Shown here: one piece after another, positions 49,746 to 59,329 of the stretch | Position numbering within the stretch: position 1 is the stretch's first letter | Layout of the letters: the number at the start of each line of letters is the position of its first letter | Source of the DNA: Nemertoderma westbladi | Lineage: Eukaryota > Animalia > Xenacoelomorpha | DNA: 59,329 nucleotides | Assembly: GCA_032718475.1 (NCBI GenBank) | Contig: JAUCBJ010006589.1 | Location: 1 to 59,329, forward strand | Reading direction: 5' to 3' | The notes under the pieces: model-generated | The model's database searches: none | What the model saw: only the letters and a program-made list of their open reading frames with translations | What the model was told of the DNA's origin: nothing | Translations under genes and position numbers: made by a program

Positions 49746-50988
49746 TGTTCGCGCTTTCAGACCTTTGGCAGTTTAACCCACCAAATTAAGATGTCTTCTA
49801 GATATTAAATCAGTTTTTAGTCTATGACAAGTATTAGATTCACTACACTAGTCGAAACCAATCCGTGCGCGACCATTCACCCGCTGGATATTCCCGGGAG
49901 ATTGGGTTCGACGGTTTAATTTTATTGCTATGTAAGCCTAATGTATTATTCGACTGACAGTATTATATAATCTCTGACAATATTATTCACCTTCGGGAAT
50001 ATTAACAGTTCCTTTAGGACGTGGCGCTTTATCTATATAAACAGAGTTATGACTTAAACTACTCACAACGATATGGCTTAATTATAATTCACATATATGG
50101 CGCATTCTTTAGGAATGCTTCTTTAACAGACTCACTCATACACAATGCTGCACAATACTGCACACTAATCTGCCGATCTTCACTGATTTTAGTCACATAT
50201 AAAAGGAACACAGACTGACTCATGTAGGGTCTATCAAATAACATTAGATTCACTTCAAACCACTTTAACATAAGTCACAATCGTTTATCTGTAACCTTTC
50301 TCTCTTACCTTCGGTATATCAAGAATATTGGGTGTCGGGGTTATTTCTCATTATTCCAATATAATAATTCATCAACAAATATAATGAATAACCGACAACA
50401 AATAGCAGTATAAAACAACAACTGAACACTGATTGTTATGAGTTTGCAATGTTTCAGCAGTCAGTATGTATGATCAGTTAGCAGTGATTCCATGAGTCAG
50501 GTAGTCGTTAGTTAAAGGATATATGCCCTTTATAATTAAACCTACTAGTGTAAGACTAAAAACAGTAAAGCACAAAATACTTCCAAGCCGTTCTTTCTTT
50601 GGCTCAGGACTGAATGTAAAAACTGCACATAGGCATTGCGTCATTTCTCGGAAATTTTCTGTACAAGGAGCCACAAAACGCTCTAATTGGCTGACTGAAC
50701 TGAGAGACGCCGTAGAACAAAGGAAATCAACACGTATGAATGTCAGCTGTTAACCGTAGTCATAGTAACTACTGTTCAAGAGTAGCTATCACCCCTTTGC
50801 GTCACGAATTGCCATAGAATCATAAAATATGCCTTTCACAGTACACATACGGAGGAAATAGGTCTTAGATCCTCTAAAAACACCGATACAGCAATAATAC
50901 GGTCTCTTACACTTATTAAATCAACTACAGAGTATTTTAATGTAAAAGATAATAAAAATAACGGGGCAATTCAGCAAAGGCTTTTACA
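49746..50988 (-). repeat. 5' LTR (1243 bp)
   Basis: Highly similar to 35058-36305. Confidence 0.95.
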
Positions 50989-51105
50989 CCTACACCGTGT
51001 GCGTCACCAGTACATCCAACGGGAGTACCGGATGCCGTAGTACGAGGCGACGGCAGGACCGAGGACTTTCTAACTGTTCCGCAACCTAGATATAAGGAAT
51101 CGGAC

Positions 51106-54100
51106 ATGATAAGTTCAGCAGGAAGTCAGGAAAGCGTTGTTAGAAGCGTCGGAGGCTATATGGCGCATATTACCAGGAGTATTGGAGAAGGCCAACGCAT
51201 ATTAGACGAGTTGACCGCTCCGATGTCTCGGTTCGAGTTCTACACTCTACAGGTGAGAGTACAAAGTAGAGTACATAAGTCCGTAGATAACCTAATTGGT
51301 CTACAAGATCTAGCTAGACAGAGACAGGACATGGATACTCAACTTAGAATCCTCGAGAAACTAATGATCGCTAGAGAGAAACTGATTCAGTTTAAGTCGA
51401 CGATTAGGCAGATACAACAGGAACAAGCGGACCAGTTGTTAGGTGAGTCAGTTTCGGACGAATTATTGCAACCCGAGGAAGAACAGGAACTGTACCGACT
51501 AGATGGACAATTGAAACATCTGACGGACCACTTGCGTATGTGCGGCGAAGACGTCGGCGATTTGGAAACCATGCCGGAATATACGAGGGAAACTTCACCC
51601 GTACGAATTGAATCGGCACCGGGAATACTGGACCAATCGTTAGTGAGTATTCGCAGCGAAATTGGCGAGATAAGTATAGTGACGTCAGAAATTTCCAGAC
51701 AGCAACAACAGCACGATGGACAACAACGGGAAGCTGAGGAACAAGCTCAACTGTTGACGGCACAAGCAGCCGTACAAGAAGAGAAACTACGCGTTGCGAA
51801 TGTTGTAAGAATCTCTCATCTGCAAGAACAAGCCGAGTTGGAAGCGGCTGAGATGGAAAGGTTGGAGCTAGAAATAGCACAGCGAACAGCGGCAGCTGAG
51901 TTAGCGCAACAAGCGGCAGCAGCTGAGTTAGAACGACAAGCAGCGGAGTCGGAGCGACGAGCAGCAGCAGCGGAACTAGAGCGACGAGCAGCAGCAGCGG
52001 AACTAGAGCGACGAGCAGCGGAGTTGGAAGAACACAAGCGAGTTTCGGAAGCAAGAGCTGAAATGAAAAAACGGCAAATAAAGGCTCAATCAGCGATAAG
52101 ACAAGCGGAGCTCGAGGCGCAACAACAACAGACGGAACAACGCGAGAAGGAAGTTAAACTTCATTTCGAACTCGGGAAGAAGGCGAGAGAATTAGCCGAC
52201 GCGAAGGAAGATCTGGATCTACAAGCCCGCGATCGATCGATGAGATCTCGAAATGGACACGATCTAGACCAGTTAGAGGTAAGGCACCGCCAAATCCAGG
52301 AACGAATGAAGGAAGGTTCGGTAGGGGCACCTGGACGAGAAAGACAATTAGTTAAAGACTTATGTCAAAGATTCCCTCAGGTAACTCCTATGTTTGCACC
52401 GATAATGACTAAGGAACCTGTTTCGATTGCGGGTAGTAGTGATATTTCTCCTATCCATGGTGCGACGGAACACAGGTTAGTTATTCCGGACAAATTCATC
52501 CCGTCGAGAGCAACGTCGTCGCCTATTCCGAAAGTCAAGGTAAGTAACCCACCGATTACAGATCGTAGTAGTTTATTAGTCGGACCTGCACTACTGACGA
52601 CAAAACAGGTGAGTCCACCTTTGACGCCAAAACCTGTTACACACTACGCTTACCCAATGACGTTTAGGCCAACAAGGCCTTTGGATTCAAACGCTGTCTT
52701 CCGACCACCAGTCCAGTTTACATTGCAATCTACGACTTCGAGGAAGACTTGTGAGCCTACCGAACAACGGAGACCAGTGGATACGCGACCGTTCAACCAG
52801 TTTACATCGCAATCTACGACTTCGAGGAAGACTTGTGAGCCTACCGAACAACGGAGACCAGTGGATACGCGACCGTTCAACCAGTTTACATCGCAATCTA
52901 CGACTTCGAGGAAGACTTGTGAGCCTACCGAACAACGGAGATCAGTGGATACGCGACCGTTCAACCAGTTTACATCGCAATCTACGACTTCGAGGAAGAC
53001 TTGTGAGCCTACCGAACAACGGAGACCAGTGGATACGCGACCGTTCAACCAGTTTACATCGCAATCTACGACTTCGAGGAAGACTTGTGAGCCTACCGAA
53101 CAACGGAGATCAGTGGATACGCGACCGTTCAACCAGTTTACATCGCAATCTACGACTTCGAGGAAGACTTGTGAGCCTACCGAACAACGGAGATCAGTGG
53201 ACGATGTTCCGAAACGAAACGTTAGAATTCGTACGACGCAACGGACGCGAGCACGTCGACACACTCGGTCTAAACACTGGCACACTTTTGTAGACTATAT
53301 CGAATCTCAGATCGCCGTGTGCGCCTTTACATCACGGGAGAAGTTTAATTACCTGCTTCAAACGTTGTCAGGAGAACCTAAACGTTTGGCGGAGACTTTC
53401 GTTGGTGTACCGGACGCCTTCGAACTAGCGTACGATCGTTTAACTTCGATATACGGAGGTACAGTCAGCATGGCCAGGTCAGTGATAGAGGAACTCTGTA
53501 AGGGAGGGGCTATCACTAAACGCGTCGACTTATTAAAACTGGCTGACGAGATATAGAACGCTATCACTACTTTAAGATCCATTGGACAACTTGACTACGG
53601 GAATACCCCTACAGTCCTATTAAAGATCATAGGACGACTCCACCATCGACTTCGTCGGGAGTGGAGAAAGATCGAATACCAGCGGGAAGAGCGGGGTGGA
53701 TTCTTAAAACTAGAGGATGTGTACCTTTTGATATCCAGGGAGGCAGTGGTAGAAACTCGATCCAACTACACTGACCAGCACATCGTGGCAGAAGGAATCA
53801 CCTTGCCATCCTCAAACCGACAAAAACCCCAGACAACATCCACTAAGACGGCCACTTACGCCACACCGACGGAATCACGACAATTCTCGGACGGTAGTAG
53901 GGTATCTGCGCCCATTGGGACAAAACAGACGAGACAGCAACTCAGTACCGACTTCAGCGGCTGCCAATACTGCGAGCATTTAGGCAAGCGGTATAGCGGT
54001 CACAAGTTGAGAGGTTGTCGACAGTTTCGCGAGTTAAACTCGGAAGAACGACGGCTGCAGATACGGCCATTGGACTCTTGTTGGCGGTGTACGCGACACG

Positions 54101-54447
54101 GACACGTCCGTAAAGATTGCCCAAATACCGACACTTGTCCATTCTGTGGACGCAACCACGACGGTCTGCTCCACACAGACAGCCACATGCCGACAAAACG
54201 CTTCGCTAGGGAACACCCGGAAGCAGCAGCGAAATGTAATGCGGCCTATAAGAATCGAGAATCGAAAACGACTCCAACCTTCGTGACCCATATTGAGGAT
54301 TGCTTCTCAGAACAATCCGGATCGTCGGACGAAGAGTCAGAAGACGACGACGTATATTCGGATGGAGATGAACAGCCATCGATCGCGCTTCTGACTACTG
54401 ACCAACTAAAGGGATTCAGTGTACCTAAAGAGGTGAGGTCTCTATAG
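51106..54447 (+). CDS. Gag of the second BEL element with one in-frame TAG (53554-53556)
   Basis: ORFs 51106-53556 and 53719-54447 share a frame. Motifs EKFNYLLQTLSGEP, CWRCTRHGHVRKDC, CPFCGRNHDGLLH. Confidence 0.85.
52714..53200 (+). repeat. 84-bp (28-aa) coding tandem repeat, about 6 copies
   Basis: QFTSQSTTSRKTCEPTEQRR[P/S]VDTRPFN units, near-identical. Confidence 0.95.
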
Positions 54448-55647
54448 GGGTGCGCTGAACAGGCGGCGGCGGACTCGTGAGGGTCTGGGGGCACGTTAAA
54501 TCAATCCTAAGTGCAAGGGAGATACTTAAGGCCCTCGTGTCTAACGAACCATGAATTGCCATGGTGCCGTGGTATCGCCTAGTCGGCCTGTTGCCGTACT
54601 GCCAGTCCTGTACACAGTAGGGGTGGTGGCATGGTGTGATTTGTGGCTCATGTGGCGTGGACTATGTTTTGTATGTGGGCGATCAGTGGCAGTTTGCTTG
54701 GGGCTTGGATGGTTCCATTGACCGTCAGCTGTTCCGTTTCTTTGATACTATATGTTATTGTCTCCATGTTCAGCTGATTGGTCTTTGGTGGCATTGGAAT
54801 AAACCGTCGGGTCTCGAGTTTTCTGTTGCTGTGGGTACGTGAGTACACGTGATTGTATGTGTGGCCACTGCGAGTGGGTATGGGAACCCTTACCAGTTGG
54901 ACAAGACGCCGCTGGTATTAGTAGGACCATACTTTACTGCACCCCAGCATACTTTGTGCACACACGTTATTTTACCCTGTCGGTAAAATAAAGTACTCTC
55001 GACTCTTTTCGAGTTTCAGTCGATACAATTTTGTCCCCTCTGATTTTGTCTTTCCCGATTTTGACCCCGATTTTGTCTTTACCCGATTATGTCCTCTGTG
55101 TGTGCATGGTATGTGTCAGATTTTGTGTTTACCGTAGTGTACTTGATTTCGTGAACATCTGTTGAGTACACGTGTACAGGACGGGTAAGTGGTTACTTGT
55201 TCCTAGCTTTCGAGCTAGTCAATATTGTTTGTGGAACTTACTTCCCCTCAATATTGCCGGCGAGGCAGGTGAAAACGTGTCAATATTCCATGTTGGGTAG
55301 CGCAAGCCCACATGGGACAAGACCGTCGGTTAGGCCCAAGGGCGACCTTGGTGCTCGATCGCTATCGACTGGTCCACCTGCCGGTTGACTCTTTGTTATA
55401 CTTTGAGTTGGCTCAATGTACAGTCAGGCCACAGTAAGTTGACAGTAGCCGCCCATCTGGCTACACGTTCGACGAGCTGTGCTGGTGTGATCGGGGGACC
55501 GAAAACAGAAACCGGGAAGCATCAGGCCACCCTCCGGCCCGGTCTGATAATAACATCTGTCGGACTGGCCCCAAGGGTGGTGGAAACACGTCCGCCTCGT
55601 GGGTGCGCCTCGGAGTTATCGGAGAGGAGCCCAAAAGGACGAAAGTG
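54435..55647 (+). ncRNA. Putative group I self-splicing intron / group I-like ribozyme between gag and protease
   Basis: P3 ggcaggtg 55264-55271 / cacctgcc 55375-55382; J3/4 aaa; P4 acg(t)gtc / gaccgt; P5 with GCAA loop; P6 cggtt/gatcg with GCGA-capped extension; J6/7 cta; P7 t(c)gactg 55365-55371 / cagtca 55421-55426; P8 ggttgactc/gagttggct; J8/7 caatgta. Removal restores the gag-pol frame. Confidence 0.75.
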
Positions 55648-55648
55648 A

Positions 55649-58600
55649 ATTCCGATTAAGATTACTGGCACAAAAGGGAGTAAGAGAATCTACGCTATCC
55701 TGGATTCAGCCTCATCTCACAGCTACGTGGACGAGCAGATAGCTGACGTAGTGACGGATCTCAGACACGGTAAGCGCATCAGCTATACCGTAAGTAGTAT
55801 GCACGGACAACGTGCAATACCAGTGACACGAGTTAAGTTAAACTTAGACTCTCTTCTTCCGAAATCGCAACACAGCGAAAGGGAGAGGTCTTTGTTACCC
55901 TTCAAGGATTTGACTTTTGCGGCCACCAAAGACTTTAGTAACCTACTAGGTCCGGTCCCAGAACAATCCTTGGAGGACCGTAAGTATTTCAGACACCTTG
56001 GTGTACCTGAATGTCCTGTTAATTATAGGTCGGTAGCCATGCTGATCGGGACGGACCAATTCAACCTACATCAAGTGTGGGAAACCAGACCATCGGCAGT
56101 CGTAGCGGTAAACGCATACGCCTGTAGAACGCCGATAGGGTGGTATACTCGAGCGCCTGTGCGCACACTGGACATAAGTGACGAGGAAGACGATGTACAA
56201 AGTACATGTAGTTTATTAACTACAAATTCAATTCATTCCTTTTCACACGACGTGGACCATACTACCTTACATACAAAACATGACAGACGTGTAACTAGTA
56301 TGATAAGTCACAAGGAGCAGCTAATCCACCAGGTGAGTTTAGAACTTGGGGAGAAGACGAGTCAGCTAGAGATTCCATCGACGACAGATGATAACGCCGG
56401 AAGGCTTGCGAGTCTACCTACCCCAATAACCTCAACAATGCCCGTCGATATTGATGATGACGCGTTGAGAAATCATCAATTGGAACAAGCTGTATTGGAC
56501 AAAGAATTAACGGAGAAGACTATCAGGTGGTTAGAACAAGATACAGCTGAACCTGGTAGCTACGAACCATGTATGTCGGAACAAGAGAAACAATCTTTGA
56601 GGATCATGGAAGATACTATCCGCCAGACGAAAGACGGACATTATGAGGTGGGGATGTTATGGCGTAGCCAAAGTCCTAAACTTATAAATAACTACCCACT
56701 AGCTTTAGGACGTCTACACTCAATACGACAACGTCTATTAAAGGACGAGAAAGCCCATCTGCAGTACAACACTCAGATGGAGACGTATTTGACTAAGGGA
56801 TACGCTATCCGAATGACTAACCCAGAGATAGTGACTAACCAGACATACTACCTGCCACATCACTATGTGAGACACCCCGACAAACCAGATAAAGTACGCG
56901 TAGTCAATGACTGTGCGGCTCTGTTTGAGGGAATGTCCCTCAATAGCGAGTTGATGGATGGACCAAACATGAATAATTATCTTATGGGGGTGATTATGCG
57001 CTTCCGTCAGCGTCAAGTAGCTTTTACTTGTGACGTTGAAGCTATGTTTCACCAAGTGAGAGCGTTAGAGCAAGACAAAGACAGTTTGAGGTTCCTCTGG
57101 TATCCGGAAGGAGACTTAAGTCTACCACCGGCGATTTACCAAATGCAAGTTCGCGTTTTCGGTGCCAGGGACAGCCCAAACTGTACCATGTATGCCCTAA
57201 AACAAGCCGCTAGGGATCAGAAACTCCTGTATGACCCAGAGATAATTAGGATTGTGGAACGTGACTTTTACGTCGACGACGGATTACAGAGTTGCGACAC
57301 AGTAGAACGTGCTACAACAGTAGCACATCAATTACGGGACTGCTTAGCGGGCGGAGGTTTTAACCTCACCAAATTCGCCTCAAACAGTGCCGAATTAGTA
57401 GACTCATTCGGAACGACTGAGCGTGGAGGTGGTGACATAGACCTAGAGTTCGAACCACTACCGACGACCAAGGTGTTGGGGCTCTTTTGGGACCCAAACA
57501 CGGACAACTTTCGAGTGAAAGTGAGACTGGACAGTCAAGAAAACACACTGACAAAGAGATCATGCTTGTCAAAATTGAGCCGATTGTTCGATCCATTAGG
57601 ATTCATCAGTCCAATTATACTGCAAGCCCGCATTTATATGCGCAGTATTTGGAAGGATGGACTGACATGGGACGAGCCGATCTCATCAGACCAAGTGGAC
57701 TTATGGAAGACCTGGGAGGCAGAATTATCTTCGCTAGAGGATTATTACATACCCAGAGTCTACTTTCCATTACAAACTACATTTCCTGACAACTTGGAAT
57801 TACATTGTTTTTCCGACGCTAGTGACAACGGTTTTGGTGTGGCAGCGTACTTGCGCAGACAAGTAGACTCAGAAGAATTCGATGTTTCGCTCATTACTTC
57901 TAAGGCAAAAACAATGCCTACTAAGTATATGACGACACCACGAGCTGAGCTACAAGCCGCAACCCTGTCAACCACCATCGTGAACCTCATACAGACAGAA
58001 CTACAGTCAAGTTTACAGATATTTTATTGGACTGACGCGACGTTGGTTTTATTTTACATAAATAACGACACACTTGAATTCAAGACATTCGTAGCTAACC
58101 GTCGCGCAGAAATTCTAGACCGTTCAATAAAAGAGGATTGGCGACATTGTCCCGGACCACAAAACCCAGCTGATATTGCGTCGCGAGGAATGATGCCTGA
58201 GGAATTCTGTAAACCGGAAAACAAAGAATTTTGGCAACACGGACCCTCATTCTTGCAGAAATCGATACAACATTGGCCTCCGTTATACGACAACAAATCT
58301 AACACCATCCCTAAGGACGCCGAAATCAAGAAACCAAAAAAGGGGAAGGCAAAGAAAAGGACGACGGCGGCAAAACTCAAGAAAAAACCGAAGGCGAAAT
58401 GGAAAGATATAACTTCAAAGGTCAAGAGAGGAAGACTTGCGAGCCTTTCTACACCAGACATATCACCAGACAGTCAACCAGACACGTTACTAGACGGTCA
58501 ACCAGACATTTTGCCAGACATGTCACAAAATGTTCTACCAGACACTAGTAACATACTGACAAATAGTAAAGCCGCAGTTTCCCTATTGGAGCGGCCTTCT

Positions 58601-59329
58601 GTTGACAAACAACCAGATACGTTACCAGACGTATCGCCAGACACATTACTAGACAGTCGACTAGACATTTTGTCAGAAACATCACAAAATGTTCTACCGG
58701 ACATTAGTAATGTATCGACTAACAGTAAAGCCGCAGTTTCCCTATTGGAGCGGCCTTGTATTGACAAACTACCAATTTTGACACACTTGAGCAACCATAA
58801 GCACGGTGAAACCTCATGTATTACAGATGTGGGTAGTACCTACGCTAATGTAAATACAGGTGTTACTCTGCGCTCAAGAGACATACCAAACTCGCAACCT
58901 ATGGTGAGACCTGGGATTAATATCGGCAGAAAAATAAGTTTACCGAAACCCAGTGACCCCATAGAGTTCAAACCACCATTAACGATCGACTTACAAAGTA
59001 CTGACAACCAGGATGAGAAGACGAAGAAGGACAAATTACTTGTAGACCCGGACGGATCAACAGTCAACAAGGGAATACTTACCGGCGGACCCGTGGGCCC
59101 TTCTAGTAATTCAAAACCTTCCAAATTCTTTGACTTACCTGATGACGTCACAAATACTTACGTCGACCGTATTGTAAACCTAACAGACTCTTGGTCAAAT
59201 GCTTGCCGAAAATTAGCGTGGATTGTACGTTTTGTACAATACGTTAAAGGCAAACGAGACTTTACACGTCGACTTACATTGGCTGAGATTGACAGGTGTG
59301 AGATTAAATTAATTCGCCATTACCAACTG
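55649..59329 (+). CDS. Pol (protease-RT-RNase H, continuing beyond the window) of the second BEL element
   Basis: IPIKITGTKGSKRIYAILDSAS, YYLPHH, DVEAMFHQV, DFYVDD, FDPLGFISP, HCFSDAS. It is absent from the ORF track, consistent with no stop before the window end. No ATG precedes the protease active site. Confidence 0.88.
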   Translation, partial: MPIKITGTKGSKRIYAILDSASSHSYVDEQIADVVTDLRHGKRISYTVSSMHGQRAIPVTRVKLNLDSLLPKSQHSERERSLLPFKDLTFAATKDFSNLLGPVPEQSLEDRKYFRHLGVPECPVNYRSVAMLIGTDQFNLHQVWETRPSAVVAVNAYACRTPIGWYTRAPVRTLDISDEEDDVQSTCSLLTTNSIHSFSHDVDHTTLHTKHDRRVTSMISHKEQLIHQVSLELGEKTSQLEIPSTTDDNAGRLASLPTPITSTMPVDIDDDALRNHQLEQAVLDKELTEKTIRWLEQDTAEPGSYEPCMSEQEKQSLRIMEDTIRQTKDGHYEVGMLWRSQSPKLINNYPLALGRLHSIRQRLLKDEKAHLQYNTQMETYLTKGYAIRMTNPEIVTNQTYYLPHHYVRHPDKPDKVRVVNDCAALFEGMSLNSELMDGPNMNNYLMGVIMRFRQRQVAFTCDVEAMFHQVRALEQDKDSLRFLWYPEGDLSLPPAIYQMQVRVFGARDSPNCTMYALKQAARDQKLLYDPEIIRIVERDFYVDDGLQSCDTVERATTVAHQLRDCLAGGGFNLTKFASNSAELVDSFGTTERGGGDIDLEFEPLPTTKVLGLFWDPNTDNFRVKVRLDSQENTLTKRSCLSKLSRLFDPLGFISPIILQARIYMRSIWKDGLTWDEPISSDQVDLWKTWEAELSSLEDYYIPRVYFPLQTTFPDNLELHCFSDASDNGFGVAAYLRRQVDSEEFDVSLITSKAKTMPTKYMTTPRAELQAATLSTTIVNLIQTELQSSLQIFYWTDATLVLFYINNDTLEFKTFVANRRAEILDRSIKEDWRHCPGPQNPADIASRGMMPEEFCKPENKEFWQHGPSFLQKSIQHWPPLYDNKSNTIPKDAEIKKPKKGKAKKRTTAAKLKKKPKAKWKDITSKVKRGRLASLSTPDISPDSQPDTLLDGQPDILPDMSQNVLPDTSNILTNSKAAVSLLERPSVDKQPDTLPDVSPDTLLDSRLDILSETSQNVLPDISNVSTNSKAAVSLLERPCIDKLPILTHLSNHKHGETSCITDVGSTYANVNTGVTLRSRDIPNSQPMVRPGINIGRKISLPKPSDPIEFKPPLTIDLQSTDNQDEKTKKDKLLVDPDGSTVNKGILTGGPVGPSSNSKPSKFFDLPDDVTNTYVDRIVNLTDSWSNACRKLAWIVRFVQYVKGKRDFTRRLTLAEIDRCEIKLIRHYQL

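Larger units (their letters stand above)
35058..50988 (-). mobile_element. BEL/Pao LTR retrotransposon, 15.9 kb, two LTRs
   Basis: Direct repeats TGT...ACA at 35058-36305 and 49746-50988, gag-PR-RT-RH-IN on the minus strand, purine-rich gggagcgg before the 3' LTR. Confidence 0.95.
50989..59329 (+). mobile_element. Second BEL/Pao retrotransposon, 5' LTR not seen, running off the window
   Basis: Coiled-coil gag, Cys/His knuckles, protease ILDSAS, RT FYVDD, RNase H HCFSDAS, WRHCPGPQNPADIASRG. Confidence 0.92.

Noticed and set aside
54450-55650. Group II intron (GTGCG at 54450)
   Set aside because: No domain V/VI at the 3' end, and the gag stop would remain in the exon. The group I core explains the structure better.
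55618-55656. Hammerhead-like gaggagcccaaaaggacgaaa near the insert end
   Set aside because: Lacks the CUGA core and a proper stem III.

Overview
AT-rich, repeat-dense nuclear DNA of an animal, probably an invertebrate (inferred from gene and transposon content). Three host genes have uninterrupted coding exons: a GT14 core-2/I-branching GlcNAc-transferase, an SLC49/DIRC2-like MFS transporter and an SLC18B1-like MFS transporter. Mobile DNA includes a ~9.3 kb CryptonV-like tyrosine-recombinase transposon with a reconstructable spliced gene (NLS, Tudor-like domain, 33-bp array, recombinase, Myb/SANT-like domain) inserted in a CA microsatellite, several foldback MITEs, two LINE fragments and a tRNA-like repeat with a hammerhead core. 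There are two BEL/Pao LTR retrotransposons. The best candidate for a new system is a ~1.2 kb structured insertion between gag and protease of the second BEL element (about 54435-55647). It holds a complete group I ribozyme core (P3-P8) resembling the lariat-capping type, and removing it at U|...G| boundaries fuses gag in frame to pol. All RNA structures and splice models were read by eye and are untested.
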